From Pseudomonadota bacterium (lineage in GTDB: Bacteria > Myxococcota > JACRCW01 > JAFGSX01), in assembly GCA_043821645.1 (NCBI GenBank), contig JBDRCO010000119.1:1-54339 (forward strand): a DNA stretch of 54,339 bases, given 5' to 3'. Below, one piece after another: positions 49,676 to 54,339 of this stretch (the stretch's first letter is position 1; each line of letters starts with the position of its first letter). Under the pieces are notes generated by a model. The model had not been told where the DNA came from, made no database searches, and worked only from the letters and a program-made list of their open reading frames with translations. The translations under genes and the position numbers were made by a program.

Positions 49676-51004
49676 TCACATGGCCTGGACGCGTTGCCAC
49701 ACCGCGGGCGTGCGGACGCGGCACTCGGCGGCGATCTTGTCCTCGTCGAGGGACAGGATCTGCTTGTTGCGCATCAGCACCTTGCCCTGGCAGATGGTGC
49801 TGTCGACCGTGGCGTCGACCATGCCGAAGATCAGGTGCCCCAGGAAGTTGTCCGCCGAGAAGGGTGTGGGGGGCACGTAGTCCACCACCACCGCGTCGGC
49901 GGGTCCGCCCACCACCAGCTCGCCGATGGGCATGCCGAACTGGCGCTGGGCCAGGATGCGCGAGTTGTCGAGCATCATCCGGGGTGCCTCCAAAAAAGCG
50001 ACGCGCGGATCCCCGGCGACGTGCCGGTGCAGCAGGTAGGCGCAACGCATCTGCGAGAACATGTCGCTGGACATGCCGTCGGTGCCCAGGGCCACCAGCA
50101 CGCCGCGCTCGAGCAGCTTCAGGGCCGCGGCCGCGCCCACGGCGTTGTTCATGTTGCTCTCGGGATTGTGCACGACCGTGGTGCCGGTCTCGTGCAGGCG
50201 CGCGTGCTCGCTCTCGTCGATGTGAATGCAGTGCACGAAGATGCTGTCGGGTCCGGCGAGGCCGAGGTCTGCCAGGCGGTGCACGACGCGCTTGCCGTGG
50301 GTGGCCAGGCTGTGCTCGACATCGGCCTTGTCCTCGGCGACGTGGATATGAAAGCCCGCGCCAAAGGGGGCCGCGGCCTCGACGCAGCGGCGGAGGGTCG
50401 CATCGCTGCAGGTGAAGGAGGCGTGCAGGCCCATCATGGCCTTCAGATCGCCGGACTTCTCCTCGGCGCAGCGGCGGATGAAGCGCGCATTCTCCTCGAT
50501 GTCGGCGCCCTCGACGTTGCGATCCGAGACCTCGTAGCACAGCGAGGCGCGCAGCCCGGCCTGGCGCACCGCGGTGGCGATGACGTCGAGGGAGCCGTCG
50601 CGGCAGCTGGGGCTGGCGTGGTGGTCGATGATGGTGGTGGTGCCGTTGCGGATGCACTCGATGAGCGGCACCAGGGCGCTCAGACGCACGTCTTCGAGCT
50701 GCAGGGCGCGGTCTATCTTCCACCACAGGCGCTCGAGCACCTGCACGAAGTTGGCAGCGGGCTCCCCCGGCGGGTTCATGCCGCGCGCCATCGTCGAGTA
50801 GAAGTGATGGTGCGAGCAGATGAGGCCCGGCAGGACCACGCGCCCGCGGGCGTCGAGGATCTCGTCGGCGCGCTCTGGCACCGTGGCTGCGGTGCCCAGA
50901 TGGGTCACGGTGCCGTTGTCCATGCGCAGGGCGCCGTTGACGATGACCTGGCTGTTCTCGCCCAGGGTCACCAGGGTGGCGTTCTTGATCAGCAGGCTGG
51001 CCAT
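49676..51004 (-). CDS. ssnA: Putative aminohydrolase SsnA
   Basis: PGLICSHHHFYSTMARG, NFVQVLERLWWKIDRAL, GTTTIIDHHASP, CYEVSDR, GLHASFT, HNPESNMNNAVG. Confidence 0.9.
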   Translation of the reverse strand: MASLLIKNATLVTLGENSQVIVNGALRMDNGTVTHLGTAATVPERADEILDARGRVVLPGLICSHHHFYSTMARGMNPPGEPAANFVQVLERLWWKIDRALQLEDVRLSALVPLIECIRNGTTTIIDHHASPSCRDGSLDVIATAVRQAGLRASLCYEVSDRNVEGADIEENARFIRRCAEEKSGDLKAMMGLHASFTCSDATLRRCVEAAAPFGAGFHIHVAEDKADVEHSLATHGKRVVHRLADLGLAGPDSIFVHCIHIDESEHARLHETGTTVVHNPESNMNNAVGAAAALKLLERGVLVALGTDGMSSDMFSQMRCAYLLHRHVAGDPRVAFLEAPRMMLDNSRILAQRQFGMPIGELVVGGPADAVVVDYVPPTPFSADNFLGHLIFGMVDATVDSTICQGKVLMRNKQILSLDEDKIAAECRVRTPAVWQRVQAM

Positions 51005-51162
51005 GGCGCGCTCCTTGTTTGCATCGTGGTCGGTTGCAGGTCGTAGCAGACCGCCGCGCCGAGTGAAAGCGCCCGCGTGCAGACGCCGATTTTGAACCCG
51101 GTGCCGCGGCGCGGATTCGCGGAGCTGTTCACGGCATGCCCGCTTCGTGTCAGGATCGCCAC

Positions 51163-51882
51163 ATGCGTCGCATCTTCGTTCCCCCGGACAGGCTCTGTGC
51201 CGGCGAGCTGCTCCTCGACGAGGACGAGGCGCGCTACGTGGCGCGAGTGCTGCGGCTGGGCGAGGACATCGAGGTCGAGCTGTTCGATGGCCAGGGGCGG
51301 CGTGCCCGGGCCACCCTGGTGCAGGTGGATAAAAAACACGTGCGCTGCGAGGCCCAGCCCCCCGTCGACGATCCCGCCCCTGCTGGACCTGCCGTCACCT
51401 CGCTGGTGCCCCTGATCAAGGGCGAGCGCCTGGACCTGTGCCTGCGCATGTTGACCGAGCTCGGTGTGCAGGCCGTGCAGCTGGTGGCCTGCGAGCGCTC
51501 GGTGGTCGCGTCCAGCGACGAGGGAGGCCGCCTCGAAAGGCTGCAGCGAGTGGTCAAGGCCGCGGCGCGACAGTGCGGTCGAGGCCAGGTGCCACGCCTC
51601 GACGCCTGCGTGCCCCTGCGCGAGGCCGTGGCGAGGGCCTCGGGGCTGTGCCTGTTCGGCGATCCCGCGGCTTTGCCAGGCCAGGTGGTGGACTCCGAAA
51701 CGGTCGCCGGGGCGCAGCTCTGGCTGTGCACCGGGCCCGAGGGAGGCTTCACCGAGGACGAGCGCGCGGCGCTGCGGGAGCGGCAATTCAGGCCACTGTT
51801 CCTGGGGCCGCACGTGCTGCGTGCTGAGACCGCGGCGGTGGCTGCGCTGGCCGTGGTCCAGCAGGCGGCATGCCCCCATTGA
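51163..51882 (+). CDS. rsmE: 16S rRNA m3U1498 methyltransferase RsmE
   Basis: RVLRL, TELGV, AARQCGR, GPEGGF, LGPHVLRAETA. Confidence 0.93.
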   Translation: MRRIFVPPDRLCAGELLLDEDEARYVARVLRLGEDIEVELFDGQGRRARATLVQVDKKHVRCEAQPPVDDPAPAGPAVTSLVPLIKGERLDLCLRMLTELGVQAVQLVACERSVVASSDEGGRLERLQRVVKAAARQCGRGQVPRLDACVPLREAVARASGLCLFGDPAALPGQVVDSETVAGAQLWLCTGPEGGFTEDERAALRERQFRPLFLGPHVLRAETAAVAALAVVQQAACPH

Positions 51883-51949
51883 CGACGCAAAAAGTTTTTC
51901 TTTCTTTTCAAACCGGCGATAGGCTCTGCAACCAAGGACCGGGGTAGAA

Positions 51950-53413
51950 ATGGCACCAGTTGCTCTCTCCTTGGCTGCACTGTTGCTTGCGCCCGCCGCC
52001 AGCGGCGTTGCCGTGGTTCCGGTCAGCTTTGGCGACGTGGCGCCACCCGCCGAGATGGCGCGAGCTCTCGGACAGGCCCTGCAGGCACGCCAGCTCGAGG
52101 TGCTGGACCCTGCGGCGCTCCACCAGCGCATGCTGAGAGGAGGCTGGCCGGTCGAGGTTGACGTCGAGACCCTGCGCCGCGACGTCGAGAAGGCGGTGCC
52201 GCCTGCGGAGGTCAAGCAGGCGGTGTTGCGCCTGCAGGACGTGGTCGCGGCCCTCGAGAACGACCCGCGATCCAGCGATGACAAGATCGCACTGCTGCAG
52301 CGGGCTCGTCTGGTGCTGGCCCGCGAGCTCTACAACCAGGGCTTTCTGGCCAGCGATCGCAAGGCCACCGAGACACTGCAGCGCGAGATCTTCAAGCACC
52401 TCGAGGCTGCGGTGCGTGCGGACCCCTACATCAGCATGCCCCTGGAGACCTTCTCTCCCGAGGTCCGGCGCCTGCTCGACCTGGCGCGGCGGCGGGTGGC
52501 CGAGGCCCCGCGGGCGGTGTTGCAGATCCAGACCGAAGCCCAGGACGCGGCCGTGTTCGTCGACGGACGCGAGATGGGGCGCCTGCCCACCGCCGCGCGC
52601 AGCTCGCTGCCCCTGGGCAGTTACCGGGTGTGGCTGGCCCGCGAGGGATGCCGCTCGCGCACCTACCGGCTGGACCTGACCAGCCAGGGTGCCAGCGTCG
52701 ACATCGACCTGGACTTCGACTGTGCGGTCCGCCCCGACGAGGGCTCGCTGCGCTTCGCGCCCGGCCAGCGCATCCGCAACAGCGTGGCCGTGCGTCTGGC
52801 GGAGCTGCTCGACGTGAGCACGCTGATCCTGCTCGGCGTGACCCCGCAGGACGACGGGCAGTGGTTGTTTGCGGCGCGCTATGACCTGTCGCAGCAGCGC
52901 GCGGTGCGCCAGGGGGCGGTGCGCATGGATCCCGAGCAGGGCGCGGATCTCGCGCATTTGGCGGACTTCTTGAGCGCAGGGGTTCCCCGGGCACCTGCCG
53001 ACCTGCCCTTTGACCTGCCCTTCGAGGGCATTCCGCGGCTCAATGCGCCTGTCGCAGGAGCCGGTGCGGTGTCGTCGACGGGTGGCACTGCAAAAGCGCC
53101 AGGCAGCGAGACCGTGCCCTCTCCTCTGCTGCTTGCGGGGGTCAGCGCGGCCTCGGCCGGCGTGCTGGGGCTGGTGGTTGGCGCCGTGGGGTTTGGAGTC
53201 TGGTCCAGCGCCTACAGCGCCATCGACAACCCGGCCGCGGGCGCGGACCTGGACGCGATGTACAGCACAGCCAAGCTGGGATGGAACGTCGGGTGGGTCG
53301 GCAGTGTCGTCGGAGTGGTCGCCCTGGCTGCCGGCGGTGGGCTGCTCGGCTGGTGGGCCCTGGCGCCGGGAGACCCGCCCGCACCCGCTACCCTCAACGG
53401 GGAGTCGCCATGA
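51950..53413 (+). CDS. PEGA-domain exported/membrane protein
   Basis: Signal peptide; helical domain; AVFVDG..MG..P...LPLGSYRV PEGA; two C-terminal Gly-rich hydrophobic helices. Confidence 0.75.
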   Translation: MAPVALSLAALLLAPAASGVAVVPVSFGDVAPPAEMARALGQALQARQLEVLDPAALHQRMLRGGWPVEVDVETLRRDVEKAVPPAEVKQAVLRLQDVVAALENDPRSSDDKIALLQRARLVLARELYNQGFLASDRKATETLQREIFKHLEAAVRADPYISMPLETFSPEVRRLLDLARRRVAEAPRAVLQIQTEAQDAAVFVDGREMGRLPTAARSSLPLGSYRVWLAREGCRSRTYRLDLTSQGASVDIDLDFDCAVRPDEGSLRFAPGQRIRNSVAVRLAELLDVSTLILLGVTPQDDGQWLFAARYDLSQQRAVRQGAVRMDPEQGADLAHLADFLSAGVPRAPADLPFDLPFEGIPRLNAPVAGAGAVSSTGGTAKAPGSETVPSPLLLAGVSAASAGVLGLVVGAVGFGVWSSAYSAIDNPAAGADLDAMYSTAKLGWNVGWVGSVVGVVALAAGGGLLGWWALAPGDPPAPATLNGESP

Positions 53414-54339
53414 TTCCAAGCGTCCGCGCGGCAACGCGCTCTGCCATCGTGTCGCTGCTGGGCTGCGGGTTGTGGCTGGGCGCGAGTCCACTGCACGCCC
53501 GGAGTGCGCCGGTGCAGAGCGTCTGGGTGATGGATCTGAGCGCCCCGGACGCGGGTGTCGAGACCGGCCAGCATCTGGCCATGTTGTTGCGCGAGGAGCT
53601 GACCACGGCCTTGCCCGACCACGTCATCAACGGCGTCAGCGGTGGCTGCACCGACACGGACCTGGTGGCCTGCGCGCGCTGGCTGGGCGCGCCGGAGAAC
53701 ATCACCCTGGTGGTCGGGGGTCGCCTGCTGCAAGACGTCGAGGGCATCGACGTCGAGCTGTGGGTGGCCGACAACCCGTCCACCGGACCCCGCCGCAGCA
53801 CCCTGCAGAGGTTGTCGCTCAGCCCGGCCACCTGGCGCCAGGCCATGCGCGAGCTTGGCGTGCGCGCAGTGGCGCCCGAGCGCTACACCGGCGTGGTCGA
53901 GATCCAGGGCTTACAGGTCTTTGACCGCATCACCGTCGACGGTAACGTGGTCGAGCACGACGTGCCCGTGGCGCGCCTCGATCTCGCCGTGGGCTCCCAC
54001 GGTATCGAGGTGCTGCGCTCGGGTTCGGGTGTGACTGCCGAGGTGGTGGAGGTGCAGTTCGAGCAGGTGGCGCGGCCTGTCCTGGGCTACACCGGCGAGG
54101 ACGGCGCCGCTGGCAATGGCAGCGCCACCGCGGGAGCAGGCTCCGCGACGTCGAGCGAGGCCGCGTTGCCCTGGCTGGGCATGGGGCTGGCAGCGGGTGG
54201 CGTGGCGCTGGTGGCCGTGGCCACGGGCCTGGTGCTGCATGGCTTGATCGCGCTGCAGCCCGAGCTCTCGTTTGCCCAGCAGCAGGTCGAGGCGAACGCC
54301 GGCTGCATCGATGGCAGCGACTGCTGGAGCCAGCGCGCC
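53410..54339 (+). CDS. Partial PEGA-like exported/membrane protein (runs off the window edge)
   Basis: Manual translation from ATG 53410 (ATGA overlap, GGAG RBS): MIPSVRAATRSAIVSLLGCGLWLGASPLHA...ITVDG...LAVGSHGIEV...LPWLGMGLAAGGVALV; open to the edge. Confidence 0.75.
   Translation, partial: MIPSVRAATRSAIVSLLGCGLWLGASPLHARSAPVQSVWVMDLSAPDAGVETGQHLAMLLREELTTALPDHVINGVSGGCTDTDLVACARWLGAPENITLVVGGRLLQDVEGIDVELWVADNPSTGPRRSTLQRLSLSPATWRQAMRELGVRAVAPERYTGVVEIQGLQVFDRITVDGNVVEHDVPVARLDLAVGSHGIEVLRSGSGVTAEVVEVQFEQVARPVLGYTGEDGAAGNGSATAGAGSATSSEAALPWLGMGLAAGGVALVAVATGLVLHGLIALQPELSFAQQQVEANAGCIDGSDCWSQRA

Overview
GC-rich, gene-dense bacterial chromosome segment, most likely from a Myxococcota-type deltaproteobacterium. 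This is inferred from a MYXO-CTERM-like tail, an MXAN_5187-C-terminal-like protein, Cys-rich lipoproteins and PEGA proteins. About 40 CDS are supported. Housekeeping genes (clpS-clpA, ttcA, sodN, pgeF, ubiB-like, rluD, selA, rho, acyP, ssnA, rsmE) are interspersed with large surface or secreted proteins. I saw no rRNA, convincing tRNA, CRISPR array or mobile element. Best leads: (1) two paralogous, signal-peptide-less proteins (734-3280 and 27311-29584) share a ~550-aa core with a caspase-clan-like His/Cys pair (LY[S/T]GH...CRGKQ); one carries an extra C-terminal HEXXH domain and a tightly linked small gene. (2) An unannotated ~110-nt three-hairpin RNA candidate lies between a near-consensus sigma54 promoter and a strong terminator (47988-48098). 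(3) Further leads are an LRR-papain fusion lipoprotein, a bacterial cereblon abutting clpSA, a KDPG-aldolase homologue lacking its catalytic Lys, and a Sec-exported NiSOD. All calls come from motif reading by eye; no database searches were run.
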